The notes under the pieces: generated by a model | Databases searched by the model: none | Told to the model about the DNA's origin: nothing | Seen by the model: only the letters and a program-made list of their open reading frames with translations | NCBI GenBank assembly: GCA_963845755.1 | Contig: CAWJTV010000031.1 | Location: forward strand, 1-64,000 | Direction of reading: 5' to 3' | Source: an uncultured Planctomycetota bacterium | GTDB taxonomy: Bacteria > Planctomycetota > Planctomycetia > Isosphaerales > Isosphaeraceae | Length of the DNA: 64,000 bases | Program-made: the position numbers and the translations under genes | Shown here: positions 20,130 to 30,684 of the stretch, in pieces | Layout of the letters: the number at the start of each line of letters is the position of its first letter | How positions within the stretch are numbered: the stretch's first letter is position 1

Positions 20130-20351
20130 GGGGCATCTCCGGGGTGGATCACGAATGAGTTGCGCACACCAGGGAGCTCGGTGGCGCGGGCACAATCCGA
20201 ACGAGAATCGCTCGAGGTCCGTGCACCTGATAACAGGTGGAGGAACAGGTGTCGCAAGAAAACCCTCGATTCAACAGTGCCAATTTTAAAAATAAACTAT
20301 TTGAATATTGACATTAAGGTTATACTATATCCCACTTGCTCGTAAAAGACC

Positions 20352-21680
20352 CTAGACGCTCGGCAGGATCCAGGGGCCACGATATTCCTTCGTGAGATAG
20401 AGATTGGCCTCGTGATGATTGACGATCCGTTCGGCATCGGGGTCCCACTTGAGCTTCTCACCCGTCCAGAGCGAGATGTTGCCCAGACTGCCGACGGTCG
20501 TCAGGCGGTGGCCGTAACCGAAGTGGCAGGAGCAACGGGCCCGGGACGTGATGGCGTCGAGCCACTCGCGGTGATGGCCGACCGACCGGGGCAGGGTCCT
20601 GGGGGGTTCTTCGATCTTCCGGCCTTTTTCAGGGATGATCCGGTAATGGTTGTAATCGGCGACGAGCGTCGCCTCGGTCCCCTGGAACATGATGCCCAGA
20701 CCCTGGTTCTCGATGCCGTGCGAGTCGGCGTCGGTCTGGCTCCAGACCATCAAGAACTTCTGATCGCCCTTCTGATACTCGTAAGCGACTTCGAGCGTAT
20801 CGGGCACCTCGGCATTGTCGTCGAGGGCGTAACGACCACCGACCGCGGAAATGGTCCGAGGGGCCTCGACGTCCATCGCCCAGTGGACGAGGTCCACAAT
20901 GTGGCAGCAGAAGTCGGTGAGGATTCCACCACCGTAATCCCAGAAATATCGCCAGTTGAACGTGAATCGGTTGGGGTTGAACGGCCGCCTTGGGGCCGGT
21001 CCGAGCCAGAAATTGTAATCGCAGCCCGAGGGCGGCGAGCTGTCCTGGGGACGCCCCAGACCGCGGCGGTCGGCGGCCATCCAGACCCGAGTCTTGCTGA
21101 TCTGGCCCAGCACGCCCGACCGGACGATCTCCACGACGCGATGGTAATTCTCACCGGCGTGCATCAGGTTACCCATCTGAGTGACCCGTTTCGCCTTCTC
21201 GGCTGCGGTCACCATGGCGCGGCCTTCCTGGATGCGATGCGCCAGGGGCTTCTCACAGTACACGTCCTTGCCGGCCTGGCACGCCAGGATGGCGATGATC
21301 GCGTGCCAGTGGTCGGGCGTGGCGATGACCACGGCATCGATGTCCCTCCGATCCAGCACTCTCCTGAAGTCCGGATAAGCTTGCGGTGACCCGCCGGCCT
21401 CCGTTTGAGCGCGGCGAAGGTGTGGCTCGTAAACGTCGCAGACAGCGGCGATCGACACCTGGGGGAAGTTCTTGAAGATATTGAGCAAGCCGGTCCCCAT
21501 GCCGCCTGTGCCGATGAATCCCAGGACGATCTTTTCATTCGGCGGAACGGGCGCCGGAGCCGGCTCGGCGGTAGACCGCACTGGGCCGTCGAGCCCAGCC
21601 GCGTAGGCTGGGGATGCGTCTCGACTCGCGGCGGCCAGCGCCGATGCAGCCAGGAACTCGCGGCGGGTCCATCGTGTCAT
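20352..21680 (-). CDS. Gfo/Idh/MocA oxidoreductase with Tat signal
   Basis: TRREFL; GFIGTGGMG; ATPDHWH; KDVYCEKP. Confidence 0.92.
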   Translation of the reverse strand: MTRWTRREFLAASALAAASRDASPAYAAGLDGPVRSTAEPAPAPVPPNEKIVLGFIGTGGMGTGLLNIFKNFPQVSIAAVCDVYEPHLRRAQTEAGGSPQAYPDFRRVLDRRDIDAVVIATPDHWHAIIAILACQAGKDVYCEKPLAHRIQEGRAMVTAAEKAKRVTQMGNLMHAGENYHRVVEIVRSGVLGQISKTRVWMAADRRGLGRPQDSSPPSGCDYNFWLGPAPRRPFNPNRFTFNWRYFWDYGGGILTDFCCHIVDLVHWAMDVEAPRTISAVGGRYALDDNAEVPDTLEVAYEYQKGDQKFLMVWSQTDADSHGIENQGLGIMFQGTEATLVADYNHYRIIPEKGRKIEEPPRTLPRSVGHHREWLDAITSRARCSCHFGYGHRLTTVGSLGNISLWTGEKLKWDPDAERIVNHHEANLYLTKEYRGPWILPSV

Positions 21681-21819
21681 GGTGGCGCTTCAGGAAGTAT
21701 GGAGGATGAGTCAATACCTGGAATGGAGGAGGCCCGGGCGCGCCTTGATTCAACTTCCAGCCTGCCGAAGCATGCAAGGGCCGCTTCGCGCTACTCTTCC
21801 CCAGCAGGTGGGAAGAGTT

Positions 21820-22831
21820 TCAGCGTCCCGCAAGCGGGACACCGAAATCGCCCAGCATGTTCCGCCACACGGAGTGAATGTGGTTGGCGCCATTCTGCGT
21901 GTTGTTAAATTCGATCAGGAAGGTGGGTCCCTGAACTCGATACGCATGGGGCTGGCTGCGGTCGGCTGACCCGGCCCATCCGAATCGGACGGCTTCGAAC
22001 CCCGCTCGACGAATCTCGCCCAGCCAGGCGCGGGCGACGTCGTCGGGCATGTCCTCGGCGTACGACTCGAAGAGGGCTCGAAGCATGGATCGCTGATCGC
22101 CCGTCAAATCGGCGTAGGTGATGCCAACCGCCGCGTCGGTCGGTGGTTGGGGTGTATTTGCTGCGCGGATTTCGTGTGGAGCCTCGCCCGAGAATGTGGC
22201 CGATTTTCTCTGCCCTTCGTCGAGCGCCTGCAGGAGGCGCAACGCCCGGTCCTCGCGATCGGCGAGGGTGCGCAGGGCCTTTCGTGGTCCCTGGCGAACT
22301 TCCCCCGGATTGGATCCGAAGAAGGCGGGGGTCGCCGAGACGATCTTGCCCTCCTCCAGGACGAAGTTCAGCGAGAGGTGATGACCTTCCACTGCGCCAG
22401 CCCCACCTGCCCCGGTTGGTCGGGGTGCCGAAGATCGTCACGTAGTACAGCTCGGGATCGCGCGTGGGGCCACGGCCTTTCTCCAGCTCGCGGAGGACTT
22501 GCTCGAGGCTCATGATCGTGGTGACCTTGAGAAATCCTGAGGCCGCCGTACCCGACTGGATCAACCCGAAGGCCAGCGCCCGCTGCTCGGAACTCATTTC
22601 CTTGACGGGTAATCCCTTGCGAGGTCGGGGAATGAAGTGCCAGTCGAGCCGCTCGGGCGCGTCGAAGGGAAACGTCGCCTTGGCGGCCTGGTCCTTCGAT
22701 AACGAGGTCAGGAACCGGTCGGCCGCCACCGCCATGTGGCTCCCCGTCTGCTCGACATATGCCCCCGCCCAGAGGGCCAGTGCCACCACGACCATTGCGG
22801 CCAACACCAGGCTAAGCTTGACACCACGCAT
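21820..22831 (-). CDS. DUF3500 family secreted protein (frameshift near 22395)
   Basis: WHFIPRPRKGL, RDPELYY, WGWR/EGHHLSLNF, NHIHSVWR..GDFG. Confidence 0.85.
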
Positions 22832-23173
22832 GAATGTAACGCCTTTCGGCAACACGGAGGGGTGCGGGATCGCCCGATTCCAATCCCTTACTTCTTCTTC
22901 TCCGCCGGGAGCGAAGTCAAGCCCCGCGTGGGTTTTTTCCCAGTCGCTTTTCGGCTCGACGCTGGTGTCGAAATCGTCGCTCTTCACCATCGCCCGGATC
23001 GCCGGAATCGCGATGGAGACGTCACAAGCCGCTCTCGAACCGAACCGGTACCTTTGCCTCGCCGAGCAAGGACCGGCGCATTCGGGCGCGTGGCTTTCCA
23101 AAACGTCGGACTATCGACTAGTATGATGGCCGCATCGCTCAGGACATCCATACCATTAGAACACAGATCACCT

Positions 23174-25735
23174 ATGTGCCAGACCAAGTGCAGGGTCGTT
23201 GTCGCCGGGGACCTATGTATCGATTGGCTGTCGATACCCATAGCCCGAGCCGTGGCGAACTCGGACGATCCTCCCCCGCAAAACTGGCAACTCCGAGGCG
23301 GTCGATCCATGCACGCAAAGCGTGGAGGGGCCTGGTTGACGGCGGATTTCATCGAAGCCGCCGTCGGGAAGGAGGTGGAGGTCTTTAAGCCGGAAAGTCG
23401 GGACGACCTGCGTTCGATCGAACCGGAGCTCGTTATCCACTCCCTGCAATCCCTTGATATGTTCGAGAGGAAACGAGACGACAAGGTCGTGAAGGTCTGG
23501 GCCGTCGGGGTGCTTGAGGGATTCGCCGGCCCAAGTACGGGGGTGTTGAGCAGGCCGCTTGGACTGCAAGACAACCCCGAAGATGCCGATCTCGTCCTAC
23601 TCGACGATGCCGGGAATGGCTTTAGAGACCCGGAGGACGAAGCCATTTGGCCTGCAGCACTCGTGCCCGACCGAAAACCGATCATACTCTACAAGGTCCG
23701 CCGGCCCTTGCTCAAGGTCCGCCTGTGGCAGCGACTTGTCGAGATCAAGTCCCTCGATCGAACGATCGTGATCCTGAGAGCAGATGAGCTCCGTGCCGAA
23801 GGCGCCTCGATCAGCCGGCACCTCTCGTGGGAGCGTACGGTCGCCGAGCTTCTGCTCACGTTATGCTACGACAAAACGTTCCAGCCGCTCGCGAAGTGCA
23901 AGCACGTCATCGTGACAATGGGCCTGGAAGGAGTCGTCCACCTCTACCATGAGGGCGAGACGCCTCGTGCGCGGCTCTGGTACGTCCCCGACCTCATCGA
24001 GGGCGATCTGAGCCACGATCGGCGACGCGGCCGGATGATTGGGTTTTCTTCGGCATTTGCCGCCGCCGTGGTGGCGTCCCTCGTCACGGAGATCAGGGAA
24101 ACTCGCGGCCCGGGCTCGGCTGACCCTCCTACGACCAAGGCCGTCCGGGAGGGGATCGGGAAAGGTATGCTCGCCGCACGCCTGCTGCTGGAACTGGCCT
24201 ACGGCGAGACCGGAGGGAATCATCCTCACTATCCGGGTTCGGAGCTGTTTGCTGGCTCGGCCCCTCCGGATTATCGAATCGTTGAAGTGGAACTCCCGGC
24301 GATCCCCAACGATCGCGCGAACATCCGGGCGACGAATTCGTTTCGCAACTGGCGGATCCTCGACGCCGGGAGGAACGAATCCATCCGTCAGCTTGCCAAG
24401 AAAGTGGCACGTCGTGGCCTGAGAGACGCGCTACCGCGGGTTCCCGTTGCACGGTTCGGTGACCTGGAGACCATCGACCGCTGGGAGATCGAGAGCTACC
24501 GCAGCATCCGCAACATGCTCCTCGAGTACCTGGGCAACCCGAGGCCGAAGCGCCCTCTTTGCATCGCGGTGTTCGGCCGTCCCGGTTCCGGCAAGTCGTT
24601 CGGTGTCACGGAGGTAGCCAAGAGCGTGGCGGAGAAGGACGCTATCGAGAAGATGGACTTCAACCTCTCGCAGTGGAAGTCGGCCGACGAGCTCGTGGAC
24701 GCGTTGCATCGCGTCCGTGACCATGGATTGCGCGGGAGAATGCCGCTCGTGTTCTTCGACGAGTTCGATTCCTTCTTCGACTCGGAACTGGGCTGGCTGA
24801 AGTACTTCCTGGCACCGATGAATGACGGCGTTTTCTCCGATAATCAGTTCACCCATCAGATCGGGCCGGCCGTCTTCGTCTTCGCCGGAGGGACTTCCCC
24901 GTCATTTCAGTCGTTCCGAGAGGAGACCGAGAAGGCACCCCCCGAAGTCAAGGCCCCGGATTTCCTGAGCCGTCTTCGCGGGACCGTCGATGTGTTCGGG
25001 CCTGATCCCCTGGCCGACACCCGGATGCTGAGCCGGGCCATGATTCTGCGACGGGCCTTCCTCAAGCGGGCGGACGGGCTTTTCGACGGGGAGAAAAACC
25101 TCCGTATCCACGAGAGTGCCCTGGTCGCATTCCTGAACGTGTCGGAGCATCGTCACGGAGCGCGTTCGATCGAGGCGCTCGTCGAGATGAGCCAGCTCCA
25201 GGATCGCGAGCATTTCGAGCCGTCGCTCCTCCCGCCTCCCTCACAGATGCGTCTGCACGTTGACCCCGCGGAATTCGATCGCATCCTCCACTGGACGGAT
25301 TTCGAGGATGCCATCGAGAGGATTGCCGAAGAGAATCATAACCACTTCCTCAGCGGATTCCCGCACGCCGAAAAGTCGCCAACCAGTCCAGGACGACAGC
25401 CCTGGCTCACGTTAGATCTCATCTATCGGGAGTCGAACCGAGACCAGGCCGCGCATATCCCGGCCAAACTCGCAGCGGTTGGTTGCGAGCTGGTGCCAAT
25501 CGGCAGCGACCGTCAGTTGCACGACTTTCCATTCACGGATCCCGAGGTCCAGACGCTCGCTCAGATGGAACACGAGCGATGGATCGCGGAGCGATCGCAA
25601 AAGCAGCCGGATCATCCGGATTTGAAGCCATGGTCGGAACTGTCGCAAGAGACGAAGGATAAGGATATTCGCCATATCCATGATCTGCCGTTGATCCTCC
25701 ACGCAGCGGGATGGAGAATCGTTCGGCCAAGTTAG
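23174..25735 (+). CDS. PfkB/HldE-like N-terminal domain + P-loop ATPase + two RyR repeats
   Basis: N-terminal VVVAGDLCIDW, GGAWL and LVLLDDAGNG. Walker A GRPGSGKS, Walker B VFFDEFD. C-terminal EHERW...HPDLKPWSELSQETKDKD. Confidence 0.8.
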   Translation: MCQTKCRVVVAGDLCIDWLSIPIARAVANSDDPPPQNWQLRGGRSMHAKRGGAWLTADFIEAAVGKEVEVFKPESRDDLRSIEPELVIHSLQSLDMFERKRDDKVVKVWAVGVLEGFAGPSTGVLSRPLGLQDNPEDADLVLLDDAGNGFRDPEDEAIWPAALVPDRKPIILYKVRRPLLKVRLWQRLVEIKSLDRTIVILRADELRAEGASISRHLSWERTVAELLLTLCYDKTFQPLAKCKHVIVTMGLEGVVHLYHEGETPRARLWYVPDLIEGDLSHDRRRGRMIGFSSAFAAAVVASLVTEIRETRGPGSADPPTTKAVREGIGKGMLAARLLLELAYGETGGNHPHYPGSELFAGSAPPDYRIVEVELPAIPNDRANIRATNSFRNWRILDAGRNESIRQLAKKVARRGLRDALPRVPVARFGDLETIDRWEIESYRSIRNMLLEYLGNPRPKRPLCIAVFGRPGSGKSFGVTEVAKSVAEKDAIEKMDFNLSQWKSADELVDALHRVRDHGLRGRMPLVFFDEFDSFFDSELGWLKYFLAPMNDGVFSDNQFTHQIGPAVFVFAGGTSPSFQSFREETEKAPPEVKAPDFLSRLRGTVDVFGPDPLADTRMLSRAMILRRAFLKRADGLFDGEKNLRIHESALVAFLNVSEHRHGARSIEALVEMSQLQDREHFEPSLLPPPSQMRLHVDPAEFDRILHWTDFEDAIERIAEENHNHFLSGFPHAEKSPTSPGRQPWLTLDLIYRESNRDQAAHIPAKLAAVGCELVPIGSDRQLHDFPFTDPEVQTLAQMEHERWIAERSQKQPDHPDLKPWSELSQETKDKDIRHIHDLPLILHAAGWRIVRPS

Positions 25736-26183
25736 CAGGCGCCCGTGAAACGAGCGACCCGGAGATGTGGACCCTTCACGCTCCAATCAAGATGCCACGC
25801 ATGACGTGATAACGGGCGAGATGACCACCTCGGGTCTCCGAAATCTTGATGGGCACTGAGTAACTCGGGGCCATTGTAGGCGCATCGACGCTTTTATCTT
25901 GAGATGAGGAAGGAGAGGTTGTGCTAAGCCAGCCCGTTCGTGGTCTGCCGACCGGATCGGGAAAGCCCCTGAACTCGAGCCGGCCGGATCGAACCGGACA
26001 ATCCGAAGAGATCCACGGGATTTTTCTCCGGAGGGCCGCCAGGACGCGTGCAACCTTCGCGCCGACATCATACAATGTTCACTCCGACCCGAGATCCTCT
26101 TCCGTCTTGGGCAGCCGTTCTCCACCATGGATCACAAACCTGACGCTTCCCCCAACCTGGAGACCCTCCGGAGGCCCGCACTC

Positions 26184-28079
26184 ATGCGTAAAGAGATCCG
26201 AATGACGGCCTTGATTGGCATTGCTTGCCTCGTACCGATCCTCGTGGTGAGTGCCCAGCAACCGCCGGACACGGTCCGGCAAGGCCAGCCCTCATCCGGT
26301 GCGGCGACGAAGTCCGAGCCCGCAACCCCTTCGAACGAGCCCATCGACCGGATCAAGGAAGAAGGACTGAAGCGATCGCAGGTCATGATGACGTTGAGCT
26401 ATCTGACCGACGTGATCGGCCCCCGCCTGACGGGCTCGCCGAACATGAAGCGTGCCAATGAGTGGACGCGCGACCGGCTGGCCGCGTGGGGATTGGCCAA
26501 CGCGCACCTGGAGCCGTGGGGACCGTTTGGTCGTGGCTGGTCGCTGAAGCGATTCTCCGCACAGGTGATCGAGCCACAGTGTATCCCCGTGATCGCCTAC
26601 CCCAAGGCCTGGTCTCCTGGTATCGAGGGGACTTTATCGGCGCCTCTGGTCTACTTCGACGCCAGGTCCGAAGCCGACTTCGCCCGGTTCAAGGGCCGAA
26701 TCAAAGGGGCGATCGTGCTGACGGCCCCGGCTACCGTGGTTACTGCCCACTTTGAGCCCCTGGGGCATCGGAAGACCGATTCGGAACTGCTCGAACTGGC
26801 CGATGCCCCCGAGCCGGCGGCCCGCGGCTTCGGCCGCCGGGGCCAGGGTCAGCCGGGACAGGAAGGCCAAGGACCGGGTCAGCGCCAAGGTCGGGCCCAG
26901 GCTGGAGATGGCCGACCGGCCCCGGGCGGCCAACCCCGCGCAGGGCGGTTCCAGATGACCCCCGAACGCCGCGCCCAGTTCGAGTTAGCCGCGAAGAAAG
27001 CCCAGTTCCTGGCCGAACAGGGGGCCGCACTCCTGATCGATCCCAGCAGTCGGGGAGACGGTGGCACCCTCTTCGTCCAGTCCGCTAGCATCCCCGGCGC
27101 CTCGCCGTTCGGCGCCCCGGGCCAGGCGCAACCCGCTCGGCGGGTCTCCGTCTATGACAAGGACGCCCCCAAGATCGTCCCGCAGATCGTTATGTCCCAG
27201 GAGCATTATAACCGCCTGGTCCGGATGATCGAGCAGGGCGAGCATCCCAAGATGGTTGTTGATCTCTCCGTCCAGTTCCACGACGATGACCTCATGGCCT
27301 ATAACACCGTCGCCGAGATCCCCGGCACCGACAAGAAGGACGAGATCGTCATGCTCGGTGGGCACATGGATTCCTGGCACAGCGGCACCGGCGCGACTGA
27401 CAACGGGGCCGGAGTCTCCGTCGCGATGGAGGCCGTGCGCATCCTCCAGGCCCTGAACTTGAAGCCCCGCCGGACCATTCGCATCGGACTCTGGAGCGGT
27501 GAGGAAGAGGGCCTCCTCGGGTCTCGGGCGTTTGTCACTCAGCACTTCGGCCGGAGCCCGGCCCGTATGGGTGGAGGCCCACCCGCCGGACCCGGAGCCG
27601 CGCCTTCGCGCAATGGTGACGGCGCAGCCTCGGCCTCCAACTCCAATGACGCGGCGCCCAAGCCTGAGTACGCAAAATTCTCCTCGTATTTCAACCTCGA
27701 CAATGGAACAGGGAAGATTCGCGGCATCTACCTCCAGGGCAACGAGGCCGTGCGCCCGATCTTCCGCAAGTGGCTCCAGCCATTCCGCGAGATGGGCGCC
27801 TCGACGATCTCCCTCTCCAACACCGGCGGGACCGACCACCAGTCGTTCGACGGCATTGGACTGCCGGGATTCCAGTTCATCCAGGATGAGGTCGAGTATG
27901 ACACCCGAACCCACCACTCCAACCAGGACGTCTTCGACCGCATCCAGGCCGAGGATATGAAGCAGGCCGCGGTAATCATGGCCTCCTTCGTCTACAACGC
28001 CGCCATGATGGACGAGAAGCTGCCGCGTAAGCCGGAGCCGGCGAGAGCCGCACCGGCCCGAACGGCTGCCAATCAATGA
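26184..28079 (+). CDS. Secreted M28 family metallopeptidase (carboxypeptidase Q-like)
   Basis: [47 protein letters not shown]. Confidence 0.92.
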   Translation: MRKEIRMTALIGIACLVPILVVSAQQPPDTVRQGQPSSGAATKSEPATPSNEPIDRIKEEGLKRSQVMMTLSYLTDVIGPRLTGSPNMKRANEWTRDRLAAWGLANAHLEPWGPFGRGWSLKRFSAQVIEPQCIPVIAYPKAWSPGIEGTLSAPLVYFDARSEADFARFKGRIKGAIVLTAPATVVTAHFEPLGHRKTDSELLELADAPEPAARGFGRRGQGQPGQEGQGPGQRQGRAQAGDGRPAPGGQPRAGRFQMTPERRAQFELAAKKAQFLAEQGAALLIDPSSRGDGGTLFVQSASIPGASPFGAPGQAQPARRVSVYDKDAPKIVPQIVMSQEHYNRLVRMIEQGEHPKMVVDLSVQFHDDDLMAYNTVAEIPGTDKKDEIVMLGGHMDSWHSGTGATDNGAGVSVAMEAVRILQALNLKPRRTIRIGLWSGEEEGLLGSRAFVTQHFGRSPARMGGGPPAGPGAAPSRNGDGAASASNSNDAAPKPEYAKFSSYFNLDNGTGKIRGIYLQGNEAVRPIFRKWLQPFREMGASTISLSNTGGTDHQSFDGIGLPGFQFIQDEVEYDTRTHHSNQDVFDRIQAEDMKQAAVIMASFVYNAAMMDEKLPRKPEPARAAPARTAANQ

Positions 28080-28263
28080 TCCTTCCGCCGCAGGTCAGGC
28101 TTCCCCGGTATCGCTCCGAAAGCCTGACCTACTTTGCGGCTCCAAGCCATCGGACGGCATTGGTGAGAATCTTCAAGGGGATCGGCTCCTCGTAAACCGA
28201 ATAGGTCTCGTGCCCGGAGCGGAAAGAGAAGACGCTGACCCATTTGATGCCTCGTGCCCTGGG

Positions 28264-29810
28264 TCATTCGTCGTTGTCTCCGTTCGCACCTGATGCGAAT
28301 TCCATGGCGCCGTGGAAGACGTCGAACCAGGGAGGCATGGGAGGCCGATTGCGCGAGACTGCGCCTCGGCCTGAAGGTACTTGAGATTGTTGTCCCGGAC
28401 CGTCTCGACGGCGGCGAGGAAGTAATCGGTGATCGATTTTAGGGGCAGGCTGGATGCGCGATCGAACGCGTAAAACGCCTTACCGTCCTCGACCACGCGC
28501 TTCAGGTCCGCGCCCGTGAATTCCTGGGTCGCCGGGACCAGCCGGGCCAGATCCACCTCACGGAGGGAGGCGGGGAGCGTTTTCGCCAACTGGCTGAGGA
28601 TCGACAGTCGGGCATCCTCGTCGGGTAGGCGCATCTCCATCCAGAGCTCGACTCGACCGGAACGGACCAGGGCTTGTGGCAGATTGCCCACGTCCATCGC
28701 CGTCATCACCACGCAGACGCGGGCGGCGCTCTTGCTCTCCAGACCATCGAGCATCGTGAGCAGGTAACGGTAGAGGCCGTGCTCCTGTTCGCTCTCGAAT
28801 GATGACGTCGCTGTCATCGATGAAGAGGATCGACGGGACGTTCTCTTTCGCCTCGTGGAACACACGATGGATCATCTCGTAGAAATGCTGAGTCCCGGAG
28901 ATGAACGTCCCATCGATGAGAAAGAACTTGCCCCTGAGGCGATGGGCGAGGGCCCGGCCAATCGTGGTCTTCCCCGTGCCGGTTGGCCCGGCCAGCAGCA
29001 CGCCTCGTTTCGGCTGGAGCTCCAGTTCCCTGGCCAGCTCGGTATGCTCCAGCGGAATCACGATGTTCGCTTCGAGACTGCGAATCACGTCGTCGACCCC
29101 CTTAAGATCGTGAAGATCGACCTCGGTCACCTCGCCCAGCTCGACGTTACTCGACAGCTTCATCGACCGCAGATAGTCGATGAACCGATCCGTCGTGATC
29201 TCGGTGGCCTGGAACCAGGAACAGGCGCCTCGGAGTTGATGGCCGTTGAGGTTCGGCGCGAATCGATGGACTTTCTCCAGATCTAGGTTTCCTATCCGAT
29301 CCTCGCCGAAGAGCGCGGAGCAGATGTGACGGTAATCATTGGGGGTGAGCTTGCCGAGCGCGACGGTGTAGCAGCGGTGGGCCATCGGCTCGGGCATGTT
29401 CCCGTTACTTCCGATGATCAGTCGCTTGCCGGCCGCGCCCGCGTAGGTCGAGAGGACCGTCATTGGTACGTTGATCAAACTCGGCCTGAGATAGAATCCG
29501 CATTCGCCCATGGCGGCCGTAGCCCTGTTCAGGTCGTTGACGATGACGATTTCGTATTCCTTCAGGGCATCGAGGATCATCTCGTGATAGGCCTCTTCCA
29601 TGGCCAGGGGATGGCGCTTGTCCAGGAGGTCGAGAAATCACGGAGCGTGAGCATCGCCCCTCCGAGCGTCGCGTGGAGGGCCTGCAAGACCGTTGTCCGG
29701 CCCCGACCCGTCTTCGCTCGGAGCTCGAAGATGTGACCCGCCGGCAACGCCGCGACGATCCCGTCGTACGCCTCGCGCTGCGAGGGACTGAGCGAGTTTA
29801 CGCCGACCAT
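28264..29810 (-). CDS. AAA+ ATPase with a degenerate N-terminal AAA module (frameshifts near 29630, 28800, 28345)
   Basis: Degenerate Walker A AKTGRGRT. Intact GVLLAGPTGTGKT, ILFIDDSD, ALVRSGR and FTGADL. Confidence 0.75.
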
Positions 29811-30234
29811 AGGACTGCCTCCCGATCCCCATCTCGACGGTCCGTGGGATAAGCCGCGACGTGCCTTTCTCCTGCACATTGTATCCAGACATCCGTCCGA
29901 CGGTAACGGTTGACGAGGAGGAGATACGACTGTAGAAAAGGCAATGAGCTACGCAGCCGGTGCAAGGCCGTATAAGAGCAGTTCTTGCACCCGTCGGTCG
30001 AGCAGGCGCCGGTCCCGGCGTGCGGGGCCGGCCCAGGGATCCGGTCGCATCGGGCCCATTATCGCAGGTCCGCCATACGCTCGTATCCCGTGCCGCCGGG
30101 CGTCGTCGGACGGCCATGATCGTGCCCGCGTCGGACTGGCGGGCGATTCAACCGCCGTTTGGGGCGATCCGTCTCCTGGCTTGGTGTCCGGCCCGGCTTG
30201 GCCCCCAATTCCGCCAGCAACTGCCCGAAACGAC

Positions 30235-30411
30235 TCATCCGGTCAAGGTCTGGGTGACGTCGCTCAGCGTGTTGTCGCCGGTATTGGTGACGTAGAGGTT
30301 GCCGGCGTGGAAGGCCAGGGCGGCGGGATTGTTGAACCCGAAGGTGCTGACCACGCCCGCGGGCGTCACCTCGCTCACCGTGTCGTCGTCGTTAGCGACA
30401 TAGAGGTTGCT
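30235..30411 (-). pseudogene. Isolated NHL-repeat gene fragment
   Basis: NLYVANDDDTVSEVTPAGVVSTFGFNNPAALAFHAGNLYVTNTGDNT is about 1.5 NHL repeats with no credible start or signal peptide. Confidence 0.55.
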
Positions 30412-30684
30412 CCCCGTTTTCGCCCCCGTCCTCGTTTTCGCCCCTTGAGCTTGGCGAGGCATCGCGAGCAACGTCGTTGAAACTCGAAACAGAATGATCT
30501 TCCGTGATCAACGGGGGTCTGAGCGAGATCATCGGTCCGTTCCCCGTTCCGCCTCCTAGAAACGAGCGGGAACGGAACGACGATCCCGGTCAGAAGAGAA
30601 GAGGCCACCGGTACTACCGCCCTTTGCAGACCAGGGTTACATCGATTATCGTGATCGGAAGTGGGTCAATGATCGTGACCACTC

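Noticed and set aside
20230..20351. Very AT-rich patch
   Set aside because: Short, without terminal repeats, and consistent with an ordinary promoter region for the FG-GAP gene.
22736..23173. N-terminal 146 codons of the 999-aa ORF
   Set aside because: Overlaps the divergent DUF3500 start and intergenic DNA. Recognisable domain sequence begins at ATG 23174.
25736..26183. Possible partner gene or element boundary downstream of the RyR ATPase
   Set aside because: Short ORFs show no motifs, and no matching direct or inverted repeat to the upstream flank was found by eye.
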